Below the pieces are notes generated by a model, which saw only the letters and a list, made by a program, of their open reading frames with translations, was not told where the DNA came from and made no database searches. A DNA stretch of 64,000 nucleotides from Mizuhopecten yessoensis. Lineage: Eukaryota. The position numbers were made by a program, and so were the translations under genes. The stretch covers positions 1,767,456-1,831,455 of the forward strand of contig NW_018407364.1 in NCBI RefSeq assembly GCF_002113885.1. Reading direction: 5' to 3'. This document shows positions 1 through 13,385 of this stretch, piece by piece; the first letter of the stretch is position 1, and each line of letters begins with the position of its first letter.

Positions 1-118
1 AACTAGTCTTCTTGTCTCATCCGAAAGGTTTTGGAAACTGAGCCTTCAATTTTGCTATGACATATTCCAGGGGTGCAGGGAGTGAAAGTGAACGTAACCC
101 CTGGGGTAGTGAGGATGG
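1..118. mobile_element. Right end of a MITE (family also at ~8940-9300 and 34114-34396)
   Basis: Shares aactagtcttcttgtctcatc and the TIR ...ctatgacatattccagg...cgtaacccctgg...gaggatg with the other copies. Confidence 0.65.
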
Positions 119-449
119 TCTGCAGGAGGAAAGATACTTTAGGAAATGTATCAAATCGAGTATTTTAAGAGAAATTATGATGGCCCAAAACTAACACCTT
201 TAGAAAAAAATTGTGAGACTGCAAGGAACCTTCATGAAACGTACGAGTAATATAAGCTGCAAAGGAAATTGACATAATGGTAATTGGCTACAAGGTAATC
301 ATTACATAATGAAAAACATATTACTGGGGGTAGGCTACATGAAACAAGGCAACTCCAGAATGTATGCTATAGGCTATGTGCAAAATGGGTCAGGTGCCTT
401 CAGGAATAATTCATGAAAGTTTGACTGTATTTACATCCATTGTTTCAGG

Positions 450-3400
450 ATGGAAGAGACGAATGACCAATTCAACTACAATATGAACTGTGTCAAACAT
501 AAACTCGCATCAAAAGACAATGAGATCCAACGCCTGGAGGAGGAAAAGGCAGACGCCTTAAGAAGGTAAGATATGCTATTTTGATATGTCATAGTTCTGA
601 ATAGCGCTATAAAAATATGAAAACTCTGGTCCCGAGCATCGCCATCCGCCAGTGGCTTCACTCGAAAGAAACTCAAATGTGTACCAGTATGTACCTTTGT
701 AGGAGTAAACTTTTATCAATTAATCACATTATGTGTACACATAAATATGTTGTGGCCACTTATATTTAAGTGTTGTTTTTACATGGACTGCCTAGCTGTC
801 CAGTGGTAATCTGATTTGAGTTCAATTAAGCTTGCATAACAGCGTTGGGTTATAAGTATTTTCAACATGTTGTGATAAGGTCCGTAAAAGTGGTTAACAT
901 TTTCGATAATTTCACTCGTGTTTAGAATTCGCGAATATTAGTCAAAGCGCGAATATGGAGAAATAAAAAAAAACGCAAAGTATAACTGCTATACAGTACA
1001 TAAAAAAAGTACTGTCTTGTGGTATTTATAAAAAATTACGCTGACCAAATCAATTTGAGACACCATTATCAGGCCGAGGTTAACATATGTAAATGGTCAT
1101 GCTATATATTGACCAATCAAAGATTCTCTTTCAGAAAGCTTTTGGTGGTATAGCAGACATGGATAAAATGGTTGAGGAGGTTTAGGAGATATTTCCAATC
1201 GATTGTTTGAAAGCTGATCAGAGAAATTATCATCCAGTCCCTTCTGCTTTAATCTCATTTCCAACAATAGAAAATTCCTGCAATTCTCATTTATTGCCCA
1301 AAGGATGTTTTTATTTGCTTCAAAACAGTCATTAAATAAGGCAAACACTATTATTGTTTATTAAAAGTCTTAAAATATTTGCTAAGGATATTTGCTAGCA
1401 GCATTTTCAGAAGTTCAGGTATAGTACATAGTAAATGAAGCTATATGTAAATGATAATTTAAGCAGGTTGCCCGATTGTTTCTTATAGATACGCGAAACA
1501 GATTGGTTCGGAGATATCAAACAAAGTACATTAGCAACATTACGATTTATGCAAGTACATATATATATACCCAGTATATCCTGACAAAAATATTGGCTCT
1601 CATGCAGAAGACTATTCACCTCAATTCTTCATTAGGTTTTCACAGCAACATAACAATGGTATTTCTATCTAAGAATACTACTATCTTGTCATCTTCGGTG
1701 TTGCTTACCAAACACACATTAATGTTTCACATTTGAAAACAATTTTCCATCAATGGTTATGATGGATGTGACCAACGATTTGACCTGCAGTTATGGTTAT
1801 TACTGCTGGTAAAACTTCCACAATTTTAACTGTTAGAGTTATAAGTCCCCCACCAGTTGTCGGGGGCGGGGGGAGGGGGGGGGAGGTATAGGATTAGGAT
1901 TGTCTCTATATTTGTCCGTCCATCCATCTTTCTGTCTGTAGAGTTTGTTGGGGCATATCTTATGGTACTGTACTATTTTGCCTTGAGTAGCCAGATTTAG
2001 CGTGCATGTACATCTTGGAATGGCAAATTTTCAAGTACAAAAAGTAGGTCACTGTGACCTGTTGTTTGACCTTCGACCACAACCTTTGAACAAAATATCC
2101 AGGGCATATCATCTATACTGTTTCATCTAGAGTAACCACATTTTGTATGCAAATACATTTTTGGGATGACAGAGTGTCAAGTAAAAAAAGTAAGTCACTG
2201 CATGTGACTTATTCTTTGACCTTTGACATTATCCTTTGAATAAGTAATATGCTATTTATACTTTTGACTGTAAAATATTGAGAAGTGAAAATGTTTGCAA
2301 TCAGACACTTAAAGCTTTTTTTCACAAAATGCACTTTCAAATGAAATATATTCACTGTTTTCTTCCTGTGATATAATTTATATTCAGTGGTGATAATGGC
2401 CAAATAAAAGTTAAATATCTGTTTTAACAATGTAACTGTTTAGTTGATTGTTAAGTACATAAAAGAATCCTCCATGGTACATGTAGTTGATCTGTATAAA
2501 AAGAAATTAACAATAGAGAAATATTATCACAAAAAGAAGCCATTCATATGTCTAAAGACTCTTTTGAAAAAATGATCAATCTATAGAACTAAAAATCAAT
2601 TACTCTTTCCAGAAATCTTCGATTATGTGTTTACTTTAATTATTTAGGCTGAGCACTTTGGCAAGTGCCAAGTTGTCCGACAACAATCCCGACATCACTG
2701 ATTTAAGTGACATGAACCGACCTCAGAAGATTGCGGAGAAGTATTCCGAACTTTACGACAATGAGTGGACCGACGCATACGAGTATCTCACCGCCAACGG
2801 ACAGGATCACCAGAAAACTGTTGCCGACTTACTCAATGTGTTAAAGGTAGTCATGGGGCTACTCACTATATTAGAGAGAGATTTAGGGTTATTCTACTCC
2901 ATATGTTAGAGATAGTCATAGGGCTGCTCACTATATTAGAGAGAGATTTAGGGTTATTCTACTCCATATGTTAGAGATAGTCATAGGGCTGCTCACTATA
3001 TTAGAGAGAGATTTAGGGTTATTCTACTCCATATGTTAGAGATAGTCATAGGGCTGCTCACTATATTAGAGAGAGATTTAGGGTTATTCTACTCCATATG
3101 TTAGAGATAGTCATAGGGCTGCTCACTATATTAGAGAGAGATTTAGGGTTATTCTACTCCATATGTTAGAGATAGTCATAGGGCTGCTCACTATATTAGA
3201 GAGAGATTTAGGGTTATTCTACTCCATATGTTAGAGATAGTCATAGGGCTGCTCACTATATTAGAGAGAGATTTAGGGTTATTCTACTCCATATGTTAGA
3301 GATAGTCATAGGGCTGCTCACTATATTAGAGAGAGATTTAGGGTTATTCTACTCCATATGTTAGAGATAGTCATAGGGCTGCTCACTATATTAGAGAGAG

Positions 3401-6400
3401 ATTTAGGGTTATTCTACTCCATATGTTAGAGATAGTCATAGGGCTGCTCACTATATTAGAGAGAGATTTAGGGTTATTCTACTCCATATGTTAGAGATAG
3501 TCATAGGGCTGCTCACTATATTAGAGAGAGATTTAGGGTTATTCTACTCCATATGTTAGAGATAGTCATAGGGCTGCTCACTATATTAGAGAGAGATTTA
3601 GGGTTATTCTACTCCATATGTTAGAGATAGTCATAGGGCTGCTCACTATATTAGAGAGAGATTTAGGGTTATTCTACTCCATATGTTAGAGATAGTCATA
3701 GGGCTGCTCACTATATTAGAGAGAGATTTAGGGTTATTCTACTCCATATGTTAGAGATAGTCATAGGGCTGCTCACTATATTAGAGAGAGATTTAGGGTT
3801 ATTCTACTCCATATGTTAGAGATAGTCATAGGGCTGCTCACTATATTAGAGAGAGATTTAGGGTTATTCTACTCCATATGTTAGAGATAGTCATAGGGCT
3901 GCTCACTATATTAGAGAGAGATTTAGGGTTATTCTACTCCATATGTTAGAGATAGTCATAGGGCTACTCACTATATTAGAGAGAGATTTAGGGTTATTCT
4001 ACTCCATGTGTTATAGGTTGTCATGGGGCTGACCTTATCAATATCTTAGAGAGAGAGCTAGGGTTATTCTACTCCATATGTTAGAGATAGTCATAGGGCT
4101 GCTCACTATATTAGAGGGAGAGCTAGGGTTATTCTACTCCATGTGTTAGAGATAGTCATGGGGCTACTCACTATATTAGAGAGAGATTTAGGGTTATTCT
4201 ACTCCATATGTTAGAGATAGTCATAGGGCAGTTCAATATATTAGAGAGAGAGAGAGCTAGGGTTATTCTACCCCCTATGTTAGAGATAGTCATAGGGCTG
4301 CTCACTATATTAGAGAGAGATTTAGGGTTATTCTACTCCATATGTTAGAGATAGTCATAGGGCAGTTCAATATATTAGAGAGAGTTCTACGGTTATTCTA
4401 CCCCCTATGTTAGAGATAGTCATAGGGCTGCTCACTATATTAGAGAGAGATTTAGGGATATTCTACTCCATATGTTAGCGGTAGTCATTGGCCTCCTTAA
4501 TATATTAGAGAGAGAGCTAGGGTTATTCTACCCCCTATGTTAGAGGTAGTCATGGGGCTACTCACTATATTAGAGAGATCTGTTTTATATGTAACAGGAG
4601 AAAGAGAAATGCAACAGCCAGACCAGGATTCAAACTCAATTGGGCTTCCTGGTTTCCTGGCGACCAATCCAGTCAGGTTCAGATACAAATAGATCATATT
4701 TAAGTGATTAGATGATATAATTTTGGATCAATACATCACCAAAGCTCATTATATTTCCAATGAATTATCACAATGATACATAATACTGAATGTCTGGTCA
4801 ACTTATCTGTGGTTGAATCCAAACTTTTTTGGATATAAAAATCATCTTCAGTTGATATAAATTATATACTCTGTGTATAGCATGTACATGTACCATGTTT
4901 ATCCAGTTACAATTCAATTTTCCCTAAACAAAAGTTCATTTTCTACTTTCAGGGCTGTTTCCAGTACTGTAAGACTGTGGGCAGACGACAGTATGAGCAC
5001 CTTTTAGTTATGGCTTGTTCCCCATCGTTTGAACAAAAGGTAAGGTCATCCAATTTTACATGTATTCCATAGCTGTACATGTGAAAATATCTCATAAAAT
5101 GGTTATATCTATTGATGCCAATTCCAAATGTTAATAAAAAAGATTTGAGTGTCAGCATAGTCAGAAAAAGTCTGCTTGTCTGATCGCCGGACTCTGGCTG
5201 GTACATAAGTTTTACCATGATTACACTTGTCAGTTCTTTGAAATTTAGATATTTGTATGACTGGACGAGTACAATCTAAGCAGAAATTAAAGCCATGGTC
5301 TGTTCTGGTTACTGATCATTTGTCAACACTAGGACCGTGTTAGTTTATCGTGATCCATACGGTTGAACCAGTTGGACAAAAGTTGTTCGCTTATGAAATA
5401 AGGTCGAACCTAGTAATCCGATACTGCTTTCAGGCAAGGGCTTGCGAGGCCTGCATAAACATTTGCAGGCCCGCTAGGTTTTATACTCGAATTGTTATGT
5501 TTAAAAACAGTCAAAATGGTTAAACCAGATACATGAAAGGGGCCTAGATGTACTATTTTGTGATGCAAAGTCCATTGAACCCTCAGGTGACAATGTATAT
5601 GTTGAAATCCATCTTGTGGTGCAACTCTTAGTATATATATAATGCACCATCCAAATGAAGAAAAAGATATTGTTTTGCATGATCTGTGAAAGGATCTTGG
5701 AAATGGTTGAAATCCCACAATATAACTGTAATGCAACTCCTGTGAGTGAAGAGACAGATACTTATCAATCTAATCAAAATTAGATTTTCCCATCCCTCCC
5801 CTTTACTGATATGTGGTGTGAAGGCAACATGTTAGCAAACAGCTAGGAGAGATGCGAAGATTTGATTTCAATTAGATGGAATACAGATTATCCTAATGGG
5901 ATTGCCGTCTGTGTCAATCTCCATCCTTAGTTCCTTTGTAATAATATGGAAAGTTTGAACTATTACATGTGAAGAGAGAAATTCATATATGCCACCTGCA
6001 TTGACTCCTTGGTCCAGACCCACCTTTAGGGACTTCATTTCTTCTTATCTTTGAAATAGTGGCGATCCCAATCCCCTAACTATTAATGCAATGGCTTGGC
6101 TAGAAGATGTGAACATAAGAATACTTTAAACATCAGCCCCGCCCTTGGGGACTTGGTCCCTAGTTCAGAACATCGACACAGTTGATATCTCAACCCTGTT
6201 ACTATATAATCATACAACTATAGAGCATGGAGATTTGCATATCTTGACATTTGTAGCTATAATTGACCAACACAGGAATTAAGTACAACTGAAGAAAGTA
6301 ATAATAAAACCTATCATCTATTTGATAAGGATCAAGGCTTGGGAGCTGTCGGTAATGCACAGGCTGTACAGACTTATGGACAAACCATCACCCAGAAAGT

Positions 6401-7410
6401 GATTGAGTTGAGGAAAGTGGCATTCCAGCACTCACTTAATACCATTAAACAGGTAAGTGCTTAAAAAATCAAAACAAATCCTCTGACTGTCTAAACCTAA
6501 CACCACCATGTCACACAGGTTTTCTTCAGGTACTCCTGTTTCCGCCCACATTAAGACCCCAGACACTTGGCTAACTTCTGGGCCACAAGAGTTGAAATAA
6601 CTTAAAATATATAAAGTTTGTATTATATAACCCTTGCTGCAAAGGGAATGTGCCCAATAGAGGAACACTAGGGTAACTCTTAAGGACTCTCATTTAGACT
6701 AAATATTGTCTGTTCGTAGTTGGTATTTATTTTGCTCCTTTTAATACATACATCAGATGTACCACACTCAACATATAAACGTAGAGATATTAATGACTGA
6801 GCCTGTTACATATATTAGGTTTGTTTATACATACTTATATATAGAATAACACTAGTTCATAAGAAGTCGATTCTACATTGAATCTAAGTTTCCATATCAT
6901 GCATATATTTTGCCTGAAAATAGCGAACCTTGACCGATAGTGGCCAGTAATCTCTAAGTTTAATTCATGACATCAGAATCACCAGAACCAAATCAAGATT
7001 GATAGAATGACATGATAAAATCATATACTTATTACACTGGTAAACATGTAGTTTTATCTAACCAGGCGTACCAGACTGACAGGGGGAGAGATATAGACCA
7101 GTCGACGTCCCAGGAGATATCTATATACATGGATAAGTGTCTGGATGTATCCTGGCTGGCCTGTATTCAGGATCCACCCTTGGAAATCGTTTCAGACTTT
7201 CCGCCCTACTCAAGAGTTGATTTGAACATCGTTCGAAAGTACACTAAGAGTGGAGAGTTTGTAGAATACGTCATCTGGCCAGCTCTGTTGCTTAGCAATA
7301 ATGGTGGACTGTTGTCCAAGGGAGTAGTTCAGTGTACGTCTCGGCCCCATGATGTTGGCGCACAGCAGATGCGAAGGCCCAGCGACTCAAACCAAGAGAG
7401 TGATTTTTAG
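450..7410 (+). CDS. MIEAP C-terminal-domain-like coiled-coil protein, paralog 1 (5 exons seen, 289 aa from ATG 450; may extend 5' beyond window)
   Basis: Exons 449/450-565 (MEETNDQ...LEEEKADALR), 2648-2846 (LSTLASAKLSDNNPDITDLSDMNRPQKIAEKYSELYDNEW...), 4953-5039 (GCFQYCK...), 6330-6452 (...KVIELRKVAF...), 7066-7410 (...CLDVSWLACIQDPPL...YTKSGEFVEYVIWPALLL..GGLLSKGVVQ, stop TAG). All junctions are GT-AG and phases join (2,0,0,0). The LSDxNRP..I...YxELYDNEW and W...IQDPP/YxxSG..VxYxxWPA motifs are those I recognise from invertebrate MIEAP-domain proteins. Confidence 0.85.
1838..2240 (+). mobile_element. Degraded HINE/Helentron-type non-autonomous element
   Basis: ttataagtcccc start, GTCC/TCTG microsatellite, repeated aagtaggtcactgtgacct...tgacctt units. 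Confidence 0.55.
2831..4578 (+). repeat. 65-bp minisatellite, ~27 copies, intron of paralog 1
   Basis: Unit gatagtcatagggctgctcactatattagagagagatttagggttattctactccatatgttaga; near-perfect to ~3960, then degenerate. Confidence 0.97.
4590..4687 (-). mobile_element. Solo terminal repeat of a TRIM-like element
   Basis: TGTAACAGGAG...ggattcaaac...ccagtcaggttcagatACA resembles the terminal repeats at 7717-8105. Confidence 0.5.
5331..5488 (+). repeat. ~155-bp dispersed repeat, inverted copy at 10551-10716
   Basis: tatgaaataaggtcgaacc...ctttcaggc...gcaggcccgctagg is the reverse complement of cctagcggacctgc...gcctgaaag...gaccttatttcata. Confidence 0.75.
6510..6690 (+). mobile_element. SINE fragment (conserved ggttttct..ggtactcc.gtttcc.ccca core)
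   Basis: ggttttcttcaggtactcctgtttccgcccaca resembles the Meta/V-SINE central motif; no tRNA head visible. Confidence 0.45.
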
Positions 7411-7716
7411 ACTGTGCGAGTGAATGTAATCATTACATGATAATTGCATGAATGAATGTAATCATTAGAGGAAGACTGTCAGAGTGATTGGGATTTTTAT
7501 GTGCTGATAGAATGAATGCAATCATTACAGGGGGACTCGAGGTAAGGGCAAGCTTGGTTGGACGCAATACTCAGTAAGGAAAATGTATCTCTTGACATAT
7601 CAGTAATAGTGGTAACGTATTCAAACATCAATGACCCATCAAACCATAGGTCATCTCCCATTGGCCAGGTCAACTTTGAAAATAAACATTGAAAATATCA
7701 AACAATGCATTACGAA

Positions 7717-8105
7717 AATTACAGGTAAAATAAAAGGAGCAGAAAGATCGGGACTCGAACCTGTGACCCTCTAAACTCTAGACATATGCTGTACTAGTGG
7801 AGCTACCTGGTCGCCGAAGATCAACCCTGTCCAGTTCCGCTACATTCCTTCCTTCTTTTTTCTCAGTCTTTGCCTACGAAGACATTAACTTTTACAACCC
7901 AGGTTCTGATATTCCCTTGCCAAGCATTCACCAAGCATTCACCAAGCATTTGAAACAGGGGTTTGTCTCTGGCACCAAATGTTATTAGAAAGCATGGCCA
8001 GACCACCCGGATTTGAACGCAGGACCCTCTGAACTCTAGACGGATGCTCTAACAATTGATCTACCAGCTGGTTGCTGATGATCGACCCAGTCCAGTTCTG
8101 CTACA
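7717..8105 (-). mobile_element. TRIM (miniature LTR retrotransposon) with tRNA-like terminal direct repeats
   Basis: Two ~125-bp direct repeats (~7717-7844, 7980-8105), both ending ccagttc.gctaca. On the - strand a PBS-like TTTGGTGCCAGAG follows the first repeat and a PPT AAAAAAGAAGGAAGGAA precedes the second. Confidence 0.75.
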
Positions 8106-8939
8106 CAGATATGTGCAGTACTATGGAAAATAACAAAATATGTAAAACAAACTGAGATGTAGATCGTAAATGATGTCATTCTAGCACTACATTTCAACTA
8201 TTTAATTACATTAATTATTTTTGTGATTTTATTGTAAAATTTGAGTACATAATTATTTCGCAGTTAATATTTAGATTTTATAATTCTTTTACCAGAACGT
8301 TATACCATAGTGTGATAGTTTAGTGAGATATTAAATATGTTGTTCAAAGAAGCCTATAGTTACATCTAAACACCTGCAACAGTGCAGTGTTTTGTGAAAC
8401 AATGATATAAAGGTAATTGTACCTGGTATTTTGCTTGACACTGAGAGGTGAGTATGTGAAGGTATCATCAACGGGAGGTATATATGGCTGATCACAGCTT
8501 CTGACATAAAGGATCTTACATGAGTTTCCATTTCATATGAGATTTATGCAATGAGTCTTAAGAATTTTTCAATTTAGCCAGTCTATGGCGAGCTAAAATG
8601 AAAAAAAATGTGATGGGTTTCATAAATTTCATATGAAATGAAAACGAGTGTAAGATCCTTTTTATCACATAATCAAGATTTGTGGCATTTAATCGTGTAA
8701 AATGATAATTTTTATACAACCTTGAAATGTAAAATGCCTCCATTTTGACTCCAGTGCATAAGTCTGTGATGTCATAAGTTAATGCGCAACAAAATATGAC
8801 ATGGGTATATTCACTGGATAACACAGTACATAATGTGATAAAATGTGATCTTACTCTAGGGCTAGCTGCATTAGCAATAACATAACAGCATAAACATACA
8901 GTTGAGAAATTGAAAGGCACAGCAGTCGTATTTAATGAT

Positions 8940-9300
8940 GTCATCCTTCTCCTAATATTCCTCGATACTCCACTCACCAGGGGTTACGCTCACTGTTCCT
9001 CTCAAAACCCCTGATATATGTCATAGCAAAATTGAAAGCACAAAGATAGCTGTTTGATTGGTCTCGGGTAAAAAAAAACCTGACCAATCACTAGGCTGAT
9101 ACATGTCATTCGAAGATTACAGAGAAGAGACACCCGACTTCAAAGCCAGTCCATTTTTACTGCTACCCGATCGACAGATTCTTTTGATGTACATCAAAGG
9201 ATCGAACTAGTCTTCTTGTCTCATCAACAAGGTGGCACACATCGAGCCTTCCATTTTTGTTACCACAAATTCTAGAGGTGCAGAGAGCCAAAGTGGAGAG
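8940..9300. mobile_element. MITE, same family as 1-118 and 34114-34396
   Basis: ccaggggttacgctcact...tatgtcatagcaaaatt left end; shared internal ctgaccaatcactaggctgatac. Confidence 0.7.
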
Positions 9301-10017
9301 TGTATATCTATATATATATATATACATATAAAATATGTATTGATGTAGGAATTTTTAATTTCGGGCAATGTAAATATGAAGCCGCCAATTTGGGGAAATG
9401 TCCACAAAAATAACCTGCCAAAGAGTATATTTATATATGATAAGAAATGATCTTTAGACAGGTGGAAAATGACAGATGTAATTTTAAATAGCTTTATGTG
9501 GTCGTTAAATTTTTACTTGTAAATACAAGATAAATGTACTTTCCTTTTAATGAGCATGCATAATCATTATTTTACATTATCCGGTTTTAATTTATTGCTT
9601 TGCATTTTGTCGTTTGTTTTTTTGGTCATTTTTGTCGAGTGTGTTTCTGTAAGAAGGGAAGTGCTTTTTCATACATTACTATGTTTTTATATAAAGACAA
9701 ATGTTGTACATGTATTTTAAAATGGCTCTAAAATATTTTTCAATTTATAATCATGCAACTACGAAGGTGTAGCAAGAAGGAGTGAGTATATTGGATTCAG
9801 GTTGTCTGCCTGTCTGTAGATAGAATGTTATCATTAATTCTCACGAAGTACTACCCCACTTCTAATGAAACCTATCTTGATTTTACACATACACATTATC
9901 AGGATGTATAATTACCTTGTTGCGTCCATTGATAAAAAAAGAATTATGACCCTTGTTTTACTTATAACGTCTTATCCAGGGGCCTGTTCGTTTATGCGAA
10001 ACATCTGGTACGCTCAG

Positions 10018-10530
10018 GTTTTTGTGTCGCCTGCGAAAAGCTGGTGACACAAAGGTATTGCTTTGTCGGCGGCGTCGGCGTCCGCACAGAGGTTTTCGTG
10101 CGATAAGGTCACTGTTACTATAAATAGAAAATCTGTTTTCGTGCGATAACTTGAGTTTCCTTTGGCCGATCAAACTCAATCTTCATGCAGTGCTTTTTAC
10201 CAAAAGAGCTTGCTTGGGATTGCTTTTCAGGTCCGAAGGTCAAAGGTCAAGGTCACTGTACTATAAATAGAATATCTGTTTTCGTGCGATAACTTTGAGT
10301 TTACTTGGGCCAATCAAACTCAAACTTCATGCAGTGCTTCCTTACCAAAAGTGCTTGCTTGGGATTGCTTTTCAGGTCCGAATGTTATAGGTCAAGGTCA
10401 CTGTTACTATAAATAGAAAATCTGTTTTTGTGGATAACTTGAGTTTCCTTGGGCCGATCAAACTCAAACTTCATGCAGTGCTAAGCAAGTCCTGCGCAGG
10501 CGACACATCCACTTCCGTGGAATTCTTATT
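10018..10530 (+). mobile_element. Complete HINE/Helentron-type element with three ~145-bp internal repeats
   Basis: Subterminal IR gtgtcgcctgcg/cgcaggcgacac, GCGTCG microsatellite, 3' hairpin ccacttccgtgg, T-rich flanks. Confidence 0.8.
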
Positions 10531-11007
10531 TTTTAAATGCATTTTTTTTGTATAAATCCTAGCGGACCTGCAAATGGTGATGCAGGCCTTGCAAGGCTTC
10601 GTCAAGGCTCGCCTGAAAGTAGCATCAGATTAATCGGTCCGACCTTATTTCATAAATGGACAACTCTGGTCCAACCGGTTAATCTGTTTTGACCGTGATA
10701 AACGAAAACGGCCAGTATTCTACTACTAAATTATACGTTGGATTTCAACATATCCTGCATGTGTAGATGCCATGTAGTTTCATACCTCTTGTGAAGATAC
10801 CTATGAACCACACCCAATATTATGTTGTTACTGTCCTTTTATTTAACTGCGATCATAATCAACGTCAAACAAATGCAAACAACTTCAAAAATTAATAATA
10901 AAGGCTAAGTTTGTTTTGAACACAAACAGAAATTGAAAAGTTATTTGTCTGTTTCCTTGTCACGCAGAGAGCGTTAATGACCAGTGTCACGACTCTGAAC
11001 CGCTTAA

Positions 11008-11090
11008 CCCTTTCACCATTGTAGACCAGAATGGACTCATCCAGATACATGTTTGGTAGAGTCTACTAAAGTTACCTAGGGGTGAAAGGG
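11008..11090. mobile_element. 83-bp piggyBac-like MITE
   Basis: TTAA-CCCTTTCACC...GGTGAAAGGG-TTAA. Confidence 0.8.
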
Positions 11091-11800
11091 TTAAAATATA
11101 TCATTAGGGCCTAGTGTGCTGAATCAGTAAATTGAGTTGTTAATTTCGCCCCGTTGCACTCTAATACTGCAGAAAGTCAGGGGGATGGGTAACATGTTTC
11201 CCCATTCCGCCCCTTAATGGATGTTTAGAACACAAACAGAAATTGAAAACTTATGTTGCGAGCTTTCGAAAATATTTGTTTCCTTTGTGGTGCAATGAGT
11301 GTAAATGACCGGTATCTTGAATATTACAGGCTGAAACAATTAACAAAGACACAGTGTGCCGAATCAGTAAAGTAAGTTGTCAAAATTATTACCATTGAAT
11401 CATTGGACTGTTATACAAGTACTTTCTGTGTCTTTATTTCAACTGTATATTGTGGTATAGATATTCATTTTAATTGTATATAATTGCATACCACATTATC
11501 ACATCTTTTCAAAGCATAGTGATGGGTGTAGCCTGATACATGTGTATATATACATGATTGTTTATATTAAATTGAATTCAAGATTTATTTAGTTTGATAT
11601 CAGTCGCAGTGAAAATCCTGGAATTTATGAGCAGTTGGCCATTTTCAGCAATTTTCAGTCAATATCAAAATTAAGAGGGGCCATTCTATGTAAAATTAAA
11701 AGAATATTGGAACATGGAGGGGTCAATTTAAGTTTTGAAGGGTCAATGGCCCCAACGCCCTCTCCAGGGTTATCCTCTAGTCAGACTAGATGATTTATAA

Positions 11801-11980
11801 TCATGTTCGAGGAGACACGAGTCCCCTCTTATCATGTTTAATGAGACACGAGTCCCCTCTTATCATGATCAAGGAGACACGAGCCCCCTCTTATCATGTT
11901 TGATGAGACACGAGTCCCCTCTTATCATGTTTGATGAGACACGAGTCCCCTCTGATCATGTTTGATGAGACACGAATCCA
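11801..11980 (+). repeat. 31-bp minisatellite, ~6 copies
   Basis: Unit tcatgtttgatgagacacgagtcccctctta. Confidence 0.9.
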
Positions 11981-13177
11981 CTACACCTTGCACATGAAAG
12001 GTATCCTATCAATCCACAAATGCAATTTATTCATTCATCTTACCCCCCCCCCCGGGTATTTAATTTGTAGTGATTTGTATCAGTTTGAATCATTTTCTCA
12101 AAAGTATTGAACATTTGCGAGGGACTTGAATTTGTAAAAAATATCTCTCAACATGCGCTCCATAACATCTTATATCTTATTACAATTAGTATAACTCTAT
12201 GTCTGAAATATAATTACCTCAAGTAATTTGAATTACAAAAGACATGGAAAAGAAGAATCTTTTTCTTAGCATTATATACACAATGTACAGTGAATTCCAA
12301 GATATGAACTTAGTCAGTAAAGATGTCCACACTTGGTGTTTCTAGTTAATTTGTAAAATAAAGCTTTAAAATATCTAAACCAGTGATTTGTGTTGGGGTT
12401 TTTTACGGACATATAATGGTATTTGGGGCGTCGGTCCGTCGACACTTTTGATCGTTTCAACAAAATAACTTGCTTAAATATCACACTCAATTTTGATGAA
12501 ACTTGGTGAGCACATACTTTATATGAGGACAGAGGCTAAGTGTGAAGTTGAGCCGAAACCATGCATATCTAATTAGCATACTGCTCCAATTGGTAAAGTT
12601 CAAAACTTAAGTTTTAAGTTAAGTTGATGGACACACTGGTGTGTTGTGTAAATACTATATAAACATCATACATGTATTAGCACCTGTGAGTTTGGCCTTA
12701 GACCTTAACATGTAGGGTGGGCGATAATTATATCTGTATAGCCCACATAGGAACGTCGTAGGTTAAGTAGAATATATTTGGTCCAACGAATATGTGGTTT
12801 TATATATTACTCGGTTCATGTGTACAGTGTATGCAGTGGGAGTTTCCTCTGGCCCTGACATGTACACCAGACTTGGACATTTTAACAGATAGATGTCTTT
12901 AGGTTGGCCAGAGGAAACTCGATCAAGCTATTAATGTTTGTCGTCGCCTACTAAAATATGGATCGGGATGTCTTGCGTATAGATATATGGATTCAGTTAT
13001 AGTCTTGGGGTTGTCAACTATAGAGATCATGCTATCGTTATAATGAAGAGCATAGTATATTTTCATGTATAAAGAGAAGAGTAAACATACGAAGCGTGTT
13101 ACCCAGCGCCATTTTGTGGCTTTAGAAGGTGCAAAGACGTGAAATGTCCTCGGCTAATTGCTGCGAATAGCAATCGG

Positions 13178-13303
13178 TAGCCCGAGTTTCCTTTGGTCCT
13201 GACATCAGACTTGGACATTATGACAGATAGATATCTGCCACACCCGACATCTGTCTGTCAAAATGTCTAAGTCTGGTGCCAGGGCCAGAGGAAACTCGGG
13301 CTA
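13178..13303. mobile_element. Foldback MITE (partial second copy 12838-12921)
   Basis: tagcccgagtttcc...ggaaactcgggcta; near-complete palindrome. Confidence 0.75.
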
Positions 13304-13385
13304 AGCAATCGGGAGCAGGAAGTTGGCTGAGAGGACACCTTCATATCGAAGGAAGATAGCTAAAGGCTTAGCCAATTCAGGATAA

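Noticed and set aside
2831-4578. CRISPR-like or telomeric (TTTAGGG) array
   Set aside because: Head-to-tail identical units with no unique spacers and no cas genes in eukaryotic intron context; TTTAGGG occurs only once per 65-bp unit.
2648-7410. Assigning the gene symbol SPATA18/MIEAP
   Set aside because: Only domain-level motif similarity in two divergent paralogs; orthology cannot be shown from this sequence.
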